Shown piece after piece: positions 54,507-63,442 of a stretch of DNA of 64,000 nt; positions within the stretch are counted from its first letter, which is position 1; each line of letters starts with the position of its first letter. The stretch is from a virus. Taxonomy: Duplodnaviria; Caudoviricetes. Position numbers and translations under genes: made by a program. The stretch is taken from the IMG/VR virus record IMGVR_UViG_3300020049_004561, positions 7,593 to 71,592 of that record, one strand, 5' to 3'. The notes under the pieces were generated by a model. The model was not told where the DNA came from. It searched no databases and saw nothing but the letters and a program-made list of their open reading frames with translations.

Positions 54507-55553
54507 CTAGATGGCAGAGTCATCGCGTCCCCCTTGCAGCTTTTCTTGCTGCTCCCACATTTCCTCTGACGCATCGAATGATGTGTGGCATCCGTGGCAG
54601 CGGTCGTTGTCGTAGTGGTTGAGGTCGTAGCAGTAGGCACAGCACCAGTCCTCGTAGATCGTTCCAGGAGCCTTAGAATCCGAAGATGTCCAGCACGTAT
54701 GGCAGACAGGCCAATCGGGCATGTTCATGTCATGGCAGGCATCACACCGCCATTTTGCGTTCTTCTCAGCCTCAGCCACTGACTCCCCAACACGCTTGAA
54801 CACGTCGTCATAGCGGCTGGTGTAGATGTCATCCCAGCCTGAGTAGTGCCCGTACCAGCGACGTTTAGGCTGATCTGGAATCGGGATGTGTGTGTCTTTG
54901 TGGGCCTTGAAGAAGTCAGCAAACTTGAGGGCCTGGAAGTATGTTTCCTTGAGGTTTGCGTGGCACTGATCTGAGTGTTCGTTGTAGTAGCCAGTTCCTA
55001 CATTCCAGCCGCTACAGCCCAGATGATCGAGTGAGCAGATGTCACTGAATGATCCCCAACTTGTGGTAAGATCATGGGCTTCCAGGCGTGCCCGGTTGTC
55101 GTCAGAGTCATAGTCGTACAGGACGGTATCCGTACCCCGGCGGTCAAACTGGTACATCCAGTTGAATGCCTTGTCAGTCTTGAAGTCCTTGGCAGTAGAG
55201 CGACCGCACTCCTCACTGTCGGTTAGCAAGATGTCGGTATGGACTCCAAAGGACGGCAGTAGATCGAGCAGTACCCACACCCCCAGGCGATCATCGAGTT
55301 GCGGACACCAAATCTGCTTTTCCTTGACGTTGAACTCGGGCTTCTCCCAGAACTTGACATGATCCATGTGAGCTACACCAATGATCGGTGAGCCTTGGTC
55401 CAAGTGCATGACAGGACCGTCTTTTGTGTGCATGATGTTTGCACCACGATCTTTGAACTCTGCCACGTATTCCGGAATTGACATCGTGCATCGCTTGACC
55501 AGTTTCTCCAGCAGCTCCTTGGAAATCCTGTGTGGTTGTGTTGTGGTTGTCAT
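54507..55553 (-). CDS. M28/M20-like zinc peptidase with C-terminal zinc ribbons
   Basis: AHMDHV, LDDRLG, DSEECG, FDRRG, SFSDI, GYYNEHS metal-ligand motifs. Confidence 0.8.
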   Translation of the reverse strand: MTTTTQPHRISKELLEKLVKRCTMSIPEYVAEFKDRGANIMHTKDGPVMHLDQGSPIIGVAHMDHVKFWEKPEFNVKEKQIWCPQLDDRLGVWVLLDLLPSFGVHTDILLTDSEECGRSTAKDFKTDKAFNWMYQFDRRGTDTVLYDYDSDDNRARLEAHDLTTSWGSFSDICSLDHLGCSGWNVGTGYYNEHSDQCHANLKETYFQALKFADFFKAHKDTHIPIPDQPKRRWYGHYSGWDDIYTSRYDDVFKRVGESVAEAEKNAKWRCDACHDMNMPDWPVCHTCWTSSDSKAPGTIYEDWCCAYCYDLNHYDNDRCHGCHTSFDASEEMWEQQEKLQGGRDDSAI

Positions 55554-55592
55554 CTTGTCATCCGACTGGTTGTTGGTTGTCTGTCTCTGCTA

Positions 55593-55628
55593 CAGTATCG
55601 CTTTTTTAGGCCCTGTTTGTCGGACTAT
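55593..55628 (-). promoter_or_regulatory. repeated upstream element (copy 2 at 59324-59359), promoter-like CCGACA-N18-GATACT
   Basis: CAGTATCGCTTTTTTAGGCCCTGTTTGTCGGACTAT versus CAATATCGCTTTTTTTGAGGCTGTTTGTCAGACAAT. Confidence 0.55.
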
Positions 55629-55636
55629 TTGGAAAG

Positions 55637-56092
55637 TTAGTCCGCTTTCTCCAGAAACCTTTTTCGCATGCGTACTCGGAAGCCCTTCAGCGTGCTCCGT
55701 GGAATCTCTGTGTCCTTCAGGCGGGTTTGTCCTTCTCGCTGGCAGTAGTCCAGAAGCCTTTGGTAGAGGTTCCTGTCGCATGTTGGCAGCTTGTCTAGGT
55801 CGATTTCTGGAAGTTCACAATCCTCCCATTCTGGTTTGGGCAGGTGTGCAAAGTTCTCCAGATGCCTCTGCTCGCGGAGATGCTTCTTCCAATTGCTCCT
55901 CGCTACTCCCCACATGATTGTGAGCAGCAATCCTGGAGTGATTGCTTTGATCCTATGCTTTCCTGACCACACTCTTGCCCAAGTGTCCGCAATCAGGGTT
56001 TCTGGATCGCTCTTGCAGAGCTTGATTGCTCGCCATGACATCCAGCCTGAGTAGGTTTTGTATGCGTCGGTGAAGCTCGTGTGGTCGATCAT
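55637..56092 (-). CDS. ECF sigma-factor-like protein
   Basis: FTDAYKTY...PETLIADTWARVW...LLTIMWGVARSNWKKHLR (region 2-like); LDKLPTCDR (region 4 start). Confidence 0.5.
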   Translation of the reverse strand: MIDHTSFTDAYKTYSGWMSWRAIKLCKSDPETLIADTWARVWSGKHRIKAITPGLLLTIMWGVARSNWKKHLREQRHLENFAHLPKPEWEDCELPEIDLDKLPTCDRNLYQRLLDYCQREGQTRLKDTEIPRSTLKGFRVRMRKRFLEKAD

Positions 56093-56352
56093 CGCTGCTT
56101 TCCTTCTGGCAAGATGCTGTCAATCCCTGAGTCGCACCGCTGACAAAGGCCGGTTTCGCGTATACACGCTTCTCCACGGTTCTCAATATCTTGTCGAGCG
56201 TCTTCCTCAGAGTCAGCCCAGACTCGCAATTCGAATTGTTCGTTGATCGTGTAGAGGACTCTGTAAGCCTGCATGGTCAGTTCTCCTTGTTGTCTCCAAC
56301 GCTCTAGGATGCGTTTTGAGGGCTTGTGTTTTTGGGACGTACTTTGGGTCAA
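56089..56352 (-). CDS. hypothetical protein
   Basis: VWADSEEDARQ pattern; ATGA overlap. Confidence 0.55.
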   Translation of the reverse strand: MTQSTSQKHKPSKRILERWRQQGELTMQAYRVLYTINEQFELRVWADSEEDARQDIENRGEACIRETGLCQRCDSGIDSILPEGKQR

Positions 56353-56420
56353 GTCGACCTGTCCGAAGGCTTTCTAGGGCCATTCTGTGCGGTTTGGGAG
56401 GGGTTTAGAGCCAATTCTCT

Positions 56421-56639
56421 CTACATTCCGGTGTCCCAGGGTACGTTGACTAGGTTACCGTCCGATTCTCGGGTCTCCATTCTCCCCTCGTTGATCCACA
56501 GTCGGAGTCGGGGACAACCATTGGCGTGTACCAAATCGGAATCAATGTCCCCTGATGAGATATCGATAACCAGCCGGTTATCATCGGCAACGCTGATTTG
56601 AATCTCGGCACCGGCAATTGTGACAGTGGTGACGTTCAT
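56421..56639 (-). CDS. hypothetical protein
   Basis: AAGGA SD; 72 aa. Confidence 0.6.
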   Translation of the reverse strand: MNVTTVTIAGAEIQISVADDNRLVIDISSGDIDSDLVHANGCPRLRLWINEGRMETRESDGNLVNVPWDTGM

Positions 56640-56644
56640 GTTGG

Positions 56645-56925
56645 TTCCTTGGAAGAGAGAGAAAAAGGAAGTCTGCCTAGCCTACTGATGTGCGAGTACC
56701 AACAGGCGGGGTCGTTCGTACTTCGGCAGACCCATTCATGAACCCCACACTTAACTTCATTCAGGTCAGGCGGTAACCATCCCAGGAAGTTATTCGAGTT
56801 AGTGCAGGCCCCCACGATCCTACGGAGGGAAGTTCCCGGCTGTTAAGCCCTCAGGGATGCCAATTCACCAGAGAGGATTTGAACCTCTGACACCGGGAAC
56901 AATTCCCGGTCTCAACATGCCGCAG
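56645..56925 (-). other. structured intergenic region containing a tRNA-3'-half-like element
   Basis: Minus strand CCGGG-AATTGTT-CCCGG-TGTC-AGAGG-TTCAAAT-CCTCT; GTCTGCC/GGCAGAC stem before a pyrimidine run. Confidence 0.4.
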
Positions 56926-57212
56926 GCTAGAATCCAGCCATCAACAGATCATGGATCGTTTGGTCAAACGCTCCCCATGATCCGATCAGACTGTATCCCT
57001 TTGACACGCACCAAATAACATAATCAACATCATTCGCGTTTGGAACGCAAAGGTACCATGATCCCATTACCATCAGAGGTCCAGTAGGATCGGACTCCTG
57101 ATAAACTTCCTCACATGTGATCTGGGAATCGAAGTGGTCAACAATCATGATTGTTCCTTTCAGAAGAGAGAAGGGAGGGATCGGGAACAATTCCTGGTCC
57201 CGTTGTTGTAGA

Positions 57213-57434
57213 CTACTGTGCTCGCCGATACCGATTGTGCTGGAAGTCGAGCAAATCTCCAAGGTATTGCACTACCGCCCATTCGTCCGATGTTCGTGGG
57301 GAACGCTCGATTGTAACTTCGGATTCCCATTTATCGAGAATGAATCGGATACGCTGAATATTCTCAGCAGCATCTGCCGCGACACTGACGGACAATCCGG
57401 TGGGAGAATTGAATCGGTTTGCATGGGTGTTCAT
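57213..57434 (-). CDS. hypothetical protein
   Basis: GGAG SD; 73 aa. Confidence 0.55.
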   Translation of the reverse strand: MNTHANRFNSPTGLSVSVAADAAENIQRIRFILDKWESEVTIERSPRTSDEWAVVQYLGDLLDFQHNRYRRAQ

Positions 57435-57491
57435 GTTTGACTCCGAGAGAGAAGAGAGGGAACTCCAACTGAGCTACTGGCGAGTATGTGG

Positions 57492-57863
57492 TCACCATAC
57501 GTGATGGTACGGTCTGCTGGGGGAGGCATTCCTGAAGGCTTCCACATCATCCAGGAACCTATCGCAGTAGACGTAATGCCTTGCGTCAAAGTACGGGAAG
57601 AAGTCAGTGGGGAAGGAGTGTCTAGCCATCTGGATAGCTCTGACCAGCTTCTTACGGTGCCTAGTCGCATTGGCTCGATCAGAGATCGTGTTGCGGACTT
57701 TGGCGATGTCATGCCACTTCTTAGCGTTCCACCAGTGATAGTGGACCGTCCGCACTGCGATGCGTTGACGCTCGATCTTCGTGAGTTTCATCTCAGAATC
57801 CTGGTTCAATGTAGATGGTAACGTCTGGATCATCTGCCCAATACGCTCTCTCGTGGGCAGCAC
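57492..57863 (-). CDS. hypothetical protein
   Basis: 123-aa ORF; start may be MKLTKIE. Confidence 0.55.
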   Translation of the reverse strand: MLPTRERIGQMIQTLPSTLNQDSEMKLTKIERQRIAVRTVHYHWWNAKKWHDIAKVRNTISDRANATRHRKKLVRAIQMARHSFPTDFFPYFDARHYVYCDRFLDDVEAFRNASPSRPYHHVW

Positions 57864-57952
57864 GGCTCACGGCTTCTTGGTAGTCTTTGCAATGATGGTC
57901 CTGCTGTCATTACTGACCACAAGGATTACATCAAACGGGGGAGGTGGGTAGG

Positions 57953-58366
57953 TCATTGCGGTTTATTGAGTCCCAGTGCCTTGACCTCAGCCGGAGTGAG
58001 TTTCGCTAGAGCGGACTTCACCAGCTCTTGCCGCTCAGCGTCCTGTCTCTCCTTCTCCTCTCGTTTGCGGTCTACTTCCTGATGATGCTCCCACCATGTA
58101 GCCAACTCTCTGGACACAGGATTGCGAGCGTTGTAGATGATCTTTTCCATCTGCTCCGGAGTCATTTCCTTACAGAGAGAGCAGAGCATTGCGGTGTATT
58201 TGTCGCGATCCGCACGAATGCCATAGTAGGTTGTTGCTCCTTTCTGAATGTCCCGTGAAATTTCCTTATTCATCTGTGGGAGTACGAATACAAGGAACTC
58301 ACATACGCGGTGGGTTTCTTGTTGGGTCGTTGTCGGTCCTGAGTCTTCGTCTGATCGGCAAGGCAC
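57953..58366 (-). CDS. hypothetical protein
   Basis: ELATWWEHHQEVDRKR...ALAKLTPAEVKALGL, a common small phage protein pattern. Confidence 0.6.
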   Translation of the reverse strand: MPCRSDEDSGPTTTQQETHRVCEFLVFVLPQMNKEISRDIQKGATTYYGIRADRDKYTAMLCSLCKEMTPEQMEKIIYNARNPVSRELATWWEHHQEVDRKREEKERQDAERQELVKSALAKLTPAEVKALGLNKPQ

Positions 58367-58388
58367 GATTGATCCTTTGGTCGGTGTG

Positions 58389-58688
58389 TTACTTGATGGG
58401 TGCGGTGACTGTCATCCCATCCTCGAAGGGTACATCCCCAGCGTACCATACATGCTTGGATTGATGCACCCGTACAGGACCGTACTTGTTGAGTCTGTCC
58501 TTCGTGGTCACTGTGCGATAGCCCCCACTGTTAAGGACATACCGACCATCATCGTAGATAGTGATCACATCGGTTGCATAGAGGGTAATTGAATATCCCC
58601 CAATGCGACGGGACAGGTAGGTGTTGTGGTCGATCTTCTTGCGGAGCTTACCCTTGAGGATAGCCCCGCAGTCTTTTGCGGTCAACAT
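58389..58688 (-). CDS. hypothetical protein
   Basis: KIDHNTYL...LNSGGYRTVTTKDRLNKY...VPFEDGM. Confidence 0.65.
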   Translation of the reverse strand: MLTAKDCGAILKGKLRKKIDHNTYLSRRIGGYSITLYATDVITIYDDGRYVLNSGGYRTVTTKDRLNKYGPVRVHQSKHVWYAGDVPFEDGMTVTAPIK

Positions 58689-58704
58689 GGAATTCTCCGG
58701 GAGA

Positions 58705-59274
58705 CTAGGACAGAAGAGAAATCAGGAGTTGTTTTTGCTGTGCAGTGATTTCCTGGCGAGCAGCAGCATCAGCATAAGCAGCAGCATAAGCATCAGCAGC
58801 ATAAGCATAAGCATCAGCAGCATAAGCATAAGCATCAGCAGCATAAGCAGCAGCATCAGCAGCAGCATCAGCAGCATCAGCAGCAGCATCAGCAGCAGCA
58901 TCAGCAGCAGCAGCAGCAGCATCAGCAGCATCAGCAGCAGCAGCATCACGACGAGTTGCGAGCAGGTCTACTGGCTCCCCCCGGAGATGTGCCGCTACTC
59001 CATCAAGTGCTGCCAAGCTCCGCCGATCTTTCATCAGATGTCGGACCATTTCCGCACAGCCAAGAGCGTAGCGGGTAGCCAGCTCCTTGCCATTGGCAAC
59101 ACAGCGTAAAGCCCACACAACATGTGCAACCGGATTGGAGTCAAGAGCAGACACAAGGGGAAATTTCTCTTGCATGTCGGCAGATTTCCCTCCACGGGCG
59201 GAAAGTATCCTATCCCAACCCTCCTGACATGGGCGGGCATCTTTGATCTGTTGCAAGGTGATGAGAGCGGGCAT
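58705..59274 (-). CDS. Ala-rich repeat protein (Imm5-like helical family)
   Basis: AAGGAG SD before MPALITLQQ at 59274; PCQEGW, VVWALRC, CAEMV; (A/D/Y)n tail. Confidence 0.7.
   Translation of the reverse strand: MPALITLQQIKDARPCQEGWDRILSARGGKSADMQEKFPLVSALDSNPVAHVVWALRCVANGKELATRYALGCAEMVRHLMKDRRSLAALDGVAAHLRGEPVDLLATRRDAAAADAADAAAAAADAAADAAADAADAAADAAAYAADAYAYAADAYAYAADAYAAAYADAAARQEITAQQKQLLISLLS
58759..58947 (-). repeat. low-complexity coding VNTR made only of GCT/GAT/TAT codons
   Basis: 63 consecutive codons, all GCT, GAT or TAT. Confidence 0.9.
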
Positions 59275-59323
59275 GAAAACTCCTTCCGGGGTTGTTTGTC
59301 GTGTGGTCGTTGTGTCCACACCA

Positions 59324-59359
59324 CAATATCGCTTTTTTTGAGGCTGTTTGTCAGACAAT
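59324..59359 (-). promoter_or_regulatory. repeated upstream element, promoter-like CTGACA-N18-GATATT
   Basis: Second copy of the 55593-55628 element, upstream of the Ala-rich gene. Confidence 0.55.
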
Positions 59360-59575
59360 CCGCCATCTTCTCCAAGATTGTCCGAAATCTCTGTAACGCT
59401 CCAGGATCGCTTCAGAAGCCTTCCACTTTTCAGGTAATGGTAAAGTACGTCTGTGGGTGTCCGAAGGCTTCCTGAGCGATTTTGGAAGGTTTGGTGACGT
59501 TTTGGAGGGTGCGTGTAAAGCAAAAAGCCCTCCAAATGTCCTGGGACACAAGGAGGGCGGGTATGGGATGGGTGG

Positions 59576-59860
59576 TTACCAGTAATCCGCTAGAGACTTC
59601 ACGGGGGGATAATGTAGGGATACCCCAGCATCATCAATAGAAGCGATTGAACACCATGCCCGTGTGCTACCGTCCTTCCCTTCCGCCACACCAGCTCGAT
59701 ACGCAACTGCCGGTCTGTCATAGGAGAAAAACGTACGGTCGTTAGGGACCATTAGGCCGGAGCACGATACCCCGTCTCGCTTCTTGTGCTTCTGGAAAAG
59801 ATCGGACACTTCCTGGATTGGATCGGACATCAGAGTCTCCTTGTGTGTTGGTGGGATCAA
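59576..59860 (-). CDS. hypothetical protein
   Basis: Start probably MSDPIQE after AAGGAG. Confidence 0.5.
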   Translation of the reverse strand: MIPPTHKETLMSDPIQEVSDLFQKHKKRDGVSCSGLMVPNDRTFFSYDRPAVAYRAGVAEGKDGSTRAWCSIASIDDAGVSLHYPPVKSLADYW

Positions 59861-60202
59861 TCCCCGTAGTGGCCTAGGCCTTGATCCCGTTCGGCCAGAA
59901 TCTCATCAATGATCGACTGGGCTAGTTTGTTCTGCTCTAGTCGATCCTTGGGAGTCCCTACCGTGCGGTAGTCGATATCCTCGCGATGTGCCTTCCGCGT
60001 GAGCGTGTGCCGCCTTGGCCCGTCGTTCGGCTGACTTCGGGCAGTGACTCCGGCTGAATCGGAATCGTCAGGTCTGCCGGGCTCACCGTCGATTTCTTTG
60101 ACAGCAGTTCCCCGAGGCGTCCGGCGACCTTGGCGGACGTGGCAACCGGACCGGCAGGGGCGTTCCCTCGCCGCCGGAACCTGTAACTGACTGAAGGGGC
60201 GA

Positions 60203-61051
60203 TTGATGGCAATGACACGAGTGCAGCAGCTCAACGGGGCGGTGGACCGCCTGAAGATGGAGCATGACCGGTGGCAGAAAGATCCTGAGGAGAGCACGAA
60301 TCCCTCTCACGGGATGGTCGAGGCCATCCGCGATATGCTGGAGGCGTTTCATGCTGGGCCCTGCCCTACGTCGCACTTGAAGCTCCACAATGCCGCCATG
60401 AACTTCAGCCTGAAGGTGGAGGAGTGGGAGGAAGACGCGAGCGGGGACCCACGTCCAGGGTACTGGACGGCAATGCGGGAACTGTTCGCCGCCCGGGAAC
60501 GCCTGAATGTGAAGCCTCAGGGAAGTCTGCCAACATGCAAGGCCCTGCGGCACGATCGCAAGATGACCGATTCGCAGATCTGCCTGGAATTCTACGGGTT
60601 CCGCACATCGGACGGGAAAACCTTCGACCCGGATTCGGATCGCTACTCCGGACCGCTGCTGAACTCCTACGGACAGATCGATAACGACCTGCTCGAAAAG
60701 GAAATCGAAACCCCTTAGAGCGTCATCCCGAAGGACTGGATCAACCCGCGAGCCCGCAAGGAACTGGAAGAAGCCGGTTACTTCGACCAGTCCCCAGCCT
60801 GCGGCAAGGTTCCGGAAACCCCCGAGCAGGCCAAGGAACGGGCCCTGAAGATGCTCACCGGCGGCGGGACAGTCGTCCAGATCGCCGACGTGTGCAAGAT
60901 GACCACTGCCGATGAAGACAGGGGATTAGTGCGAGAGGCATTCCCGGACACGGTTCGCCATATTGCGAACGTACCGCTGTCCGTACTTCGGGTACAGAGA
61001 ATGGCAGGACTCACCATTCAGCAGTTCCATCGCGAAGGGAATGAGGTCTGA
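60203..61051 (+). CDS. GC-rich gene interrupted by a single in-frame TAG at 60716-60718 (readthrough target or pseudogene)
   Basis: ORFs 60203..60718 and 60851..61051 share a frame, and 60719-60850 is open: ...EIETP*SVIPKDWINPRARKELEEAGYF...KMLTGGGTVVQIADVC. Confidence 0.65.
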
Positions 61052-61384
61052 TGGTAAGGCGTCCTGGATGTTTGCCATTGGACCACACGGGGGGACAGCG
61101 GTTTCAATGTCCCCGTCAATGCGAAGATGCTCGCACCGCTTGTATCGTGTAGCCTTGCGGATTGTGTTGACGGCATGCAGTCGAGCCAGATAGAGCAACA
61201 CGCGAAATGGTTCCCTTCCCCCACAATTGCCATCAGGGAACCTACGCCAGTATTTCACGTATGCCGATTGCGTGATATCTTCGCAATCCAGCATCGGATA
61301 TTTCCGATTGATGAACGCGGAGACAGAACGGAAATGATCCCGGTATAGTTCGGGAAGTGTCGGGAATGTGGTCGATGTTTGCAT
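60926..61384 (-). CDS. ECF sigma-factor-like protein
   Basis: ELYRDHFRSVSAFI...CEDITQSAYVKYW...LLYLARLHAVNTIRK (region 2); DALPSDL (region 4). Confidence 0.6.
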   Translation of the reverse strand: MQTSTTFPTLPELYRDHFRSVSAFINRKYPMLDCEDITQSAYVKYWRRFPDGNCGGREPFRVLLYLARLHAVNTIRKATRYKRCEHLRIDGDIETAVPPCGPMANIQDALPSDLIPFAMELLNGESCHSLYPKYGQRYVRNMANRVRECLSH

Positions 61385-61455
61385 GGGAGAGAATCCAGGA
61401 ATAGGGGCACGAGAACGGGGGGAACGGGGAGAGTGTACGGGGGACAAGAGGGAGA

Positions 61456-63147
61456 TTAGAAACCGGATAGGCAAAGATCGATTGCCAGAATTGCCATTGG
61501 GGAATTCCGCACGCGTCCGTGTTCTGGTTTCAACCATTCGTCAATTGCCGATTCTACTGGCCTAACCTGTAAAGGTTCGGCAGCAAATTCTGGGAAGACG
61601 ATACCGGGATGCTCAGCGGTACGGCAGATAAACTCTGGGGAGCAGAATTGATCGGATGTGATGTTCTCCGCGTCGATATCTGTCTGTACTGGCATGGGCT
61701 TACCCTCGCAATCCGGACAGGTATCCTCGCCCGATTCGTACCATTCTTCACAATGGGGACATTGTTTGATTTCAGACTGGCAATTGTCACAATAGCAATC
61801 CCCATCCTGAGTCGTTACGTAGTCTGCTCCTTTCGCAATCCAGTTTTCGCAATGGTGGCAGCTCTCCCCGCTATGGCACTCCGAACAACACAGTTCGTCG
61901 TCACAATCAGACGACAAATCGTCAAGCTCTTTCCATTCGTCGCAATGGTAGCATTGTCGATAATTCTCCCGTTCAGCACAGTAGTCTCCGCAGAAAATGT
62001 GACCATCGACCTGGATTGCGTCATCATCTGGCCATGCCTCACCGCTACAACGTTCGCAATACGTCCACGGGATACACGACTCGCAATATGGGCCGTGTCC
62101 GGAATCAGACCAATACAAATCGTCAGAATCGTACGCTTCTCCGCAATCCCGGCAACGTTCGCCGCATTGAATGTCGAGAGTGTATCGGGAAATGTCGAGA
62201 GGGATGGGGGAGAGTATATATCCCTTGTTAGCATTGATGTACATTTGGCTCGAACAATTCCCTAGACGGATGGGCTTGCGTTCCATTTTCCACAATTCGG
62301 CCAGATTGTCCGCCCATTGCGTCAAATCCCAGTCCCCATAATCGTTGAACAGGATATGGCACGAATGCCCCTGAATTCTCTGGGGAATGATGAATACACG
62401 GGAAATGGGATTGTCGTCCGTATCCCACAATCGAGCAGCGTATCCCCCAGCGTCAGCGAATGGCTCCTTTCCTGCCTTGTAACTGTTCCACCAGCATGAT
62501 ACATCGTTGCAGTAGTCCTCAGGCTCGCCGTCGACAAATCCCTGGTCGAAATTCAAGCGGGGAGTACCATCCGTTGAGCGGTGAGAATCGGCGATGTTAT
62601 TGATTGTTTCGATGATCGTATCGGGAAGGAAATGACCAGAGATGCGCTTGACCTCCTTTGATACTCGTTTGCCGATTGATCCAGCCTTGTTTTTGATATC
62701 AGTTCCGATAGTGTCCCAATTGATCGCGGAAGTGTCGAATCGATCATACTGCCATGCGTTAGCGTCCTGTGCCTTACGGACGACAAGTTTGGCACGCAGC
62801 TCCAGATTCTTCTGACGTTTCTCGACCGTATCGGCAGATAAGCCGTCAAATGTCCAATATCCCTGCATTGCAACCCAATAGTATGGAGTGGGGTGAGGGA
62901 TTGCGTAGCATCTTCCCGATTCTCGCCAATTCCGTATATCCTCGCACGCCAACAAATCCCCTAGCACCCTATCGAATGTCAGGTCGGACGGGGGGAGTGT
63001 TCCCTGTGTTAGATCACAGGATCGATCAAACTGCCGTTTGATTTCCTGCATTCCCTTAGGCGTGATGTCGGGGACGTCCGGCAGGACATATTCCCGAATT
63101 TCCTCGTGATATTCGGCGGGAGCAGTAGCGGTACAGGCTTGACACAT
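61456..63147 (-). CDS. conserved phage protein with about ten CxxC zinc-ribbon units (paralog of 52519-54057)
   Basis: LNFDQGFVDG...DYCNDVSCWW...PISRVFI...LFNDYG. Confidence 0.75.
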   Translation of the reverse strand: MCQACTATAPAEYHEEIREYVLPDVPDITPKGMQEIKRQFDRSCDLTQGTLPPSDLTFDRVLGDLLACEDIRNWRESGRCYAIPHPTPYYWVAMQGYWTFDGLSADTVEKRQKNLELRAKLVVRKAQDANAWQYDRFDTSAINWDTIGTDIKNKAGSIGKRVSKEVKRISGHFLPDTIIETINNIADSHRSTDGTPRLNFDQGFVDGEPEDYCNDVSCWWNSYKAGKEPFADAGGYAARLWDTDDNPISRVFIIPQRIQGHSCHILFNDYGDWDLTQWADNLAELWKMERKPIRLGNCSSQMYINANKGYILSPIPLDISRYTLDIQCGERCRDCGEAYDSDDLYWSDSGHGPYCESCIPWTYCERCSGEAWPDDDAIQVDGHIFCGDYCAERENYRQCYHCDEWKELDDLSSDCDDELCCSECHSGESCHHCENWIAKGADYVTTQDGDCYCDNCQSEIKQCPHCEEWYESGEDTCPDCEGKPMPVQTDIDAENITSDQFCSPEFICRTAEHPGIVFPEFAAEPLQVRPVESAIDEWLKPEHGRVRNSPMAILAIDLCLSGF

Positions 63148-63442
63148 GGCGGAACCTTTCGAGAGGGAACAAGGAGACTATCGGCGAATTGCACGATAGA
63201 TGGATGGAGTAATGTAGCCTATCCAGAGCAGACTAGCGACCACAAGGGGGAGAGAGATAGTCAGGATTGCCAATTTGTCGGGGGACATTGGTCAGACCTT
63301 GTGAGAGTGTGGGCAGGGACATTGTGTGGCCTTGTGTGGTCGCAGGTTACATAACCGGCAGATACAACCACACAAGGCAGACGACGCGGCGAGAATTGCT
63401 AGGATTGACTCAACAATCCCGAAGCATAGGCAAAGGGGCATG

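Noticed and set aside
58621-59109. Poly-Ser (+ strand) and poly-Leu/Met (58722-58949) ORFs
   Set aside because: Alternative frames of the GCT/GAT/TAT repeat; the Ala-rich frame has the SD and a protein-like N-terminus
59857-60297. Minus-strand ORFs 59857-60297 and 59958-60218 as defined genes
   Set aside because: Only the 3' part of 59857-60297 looks protein-like and no credible start or SD could be assigned; left uncalled
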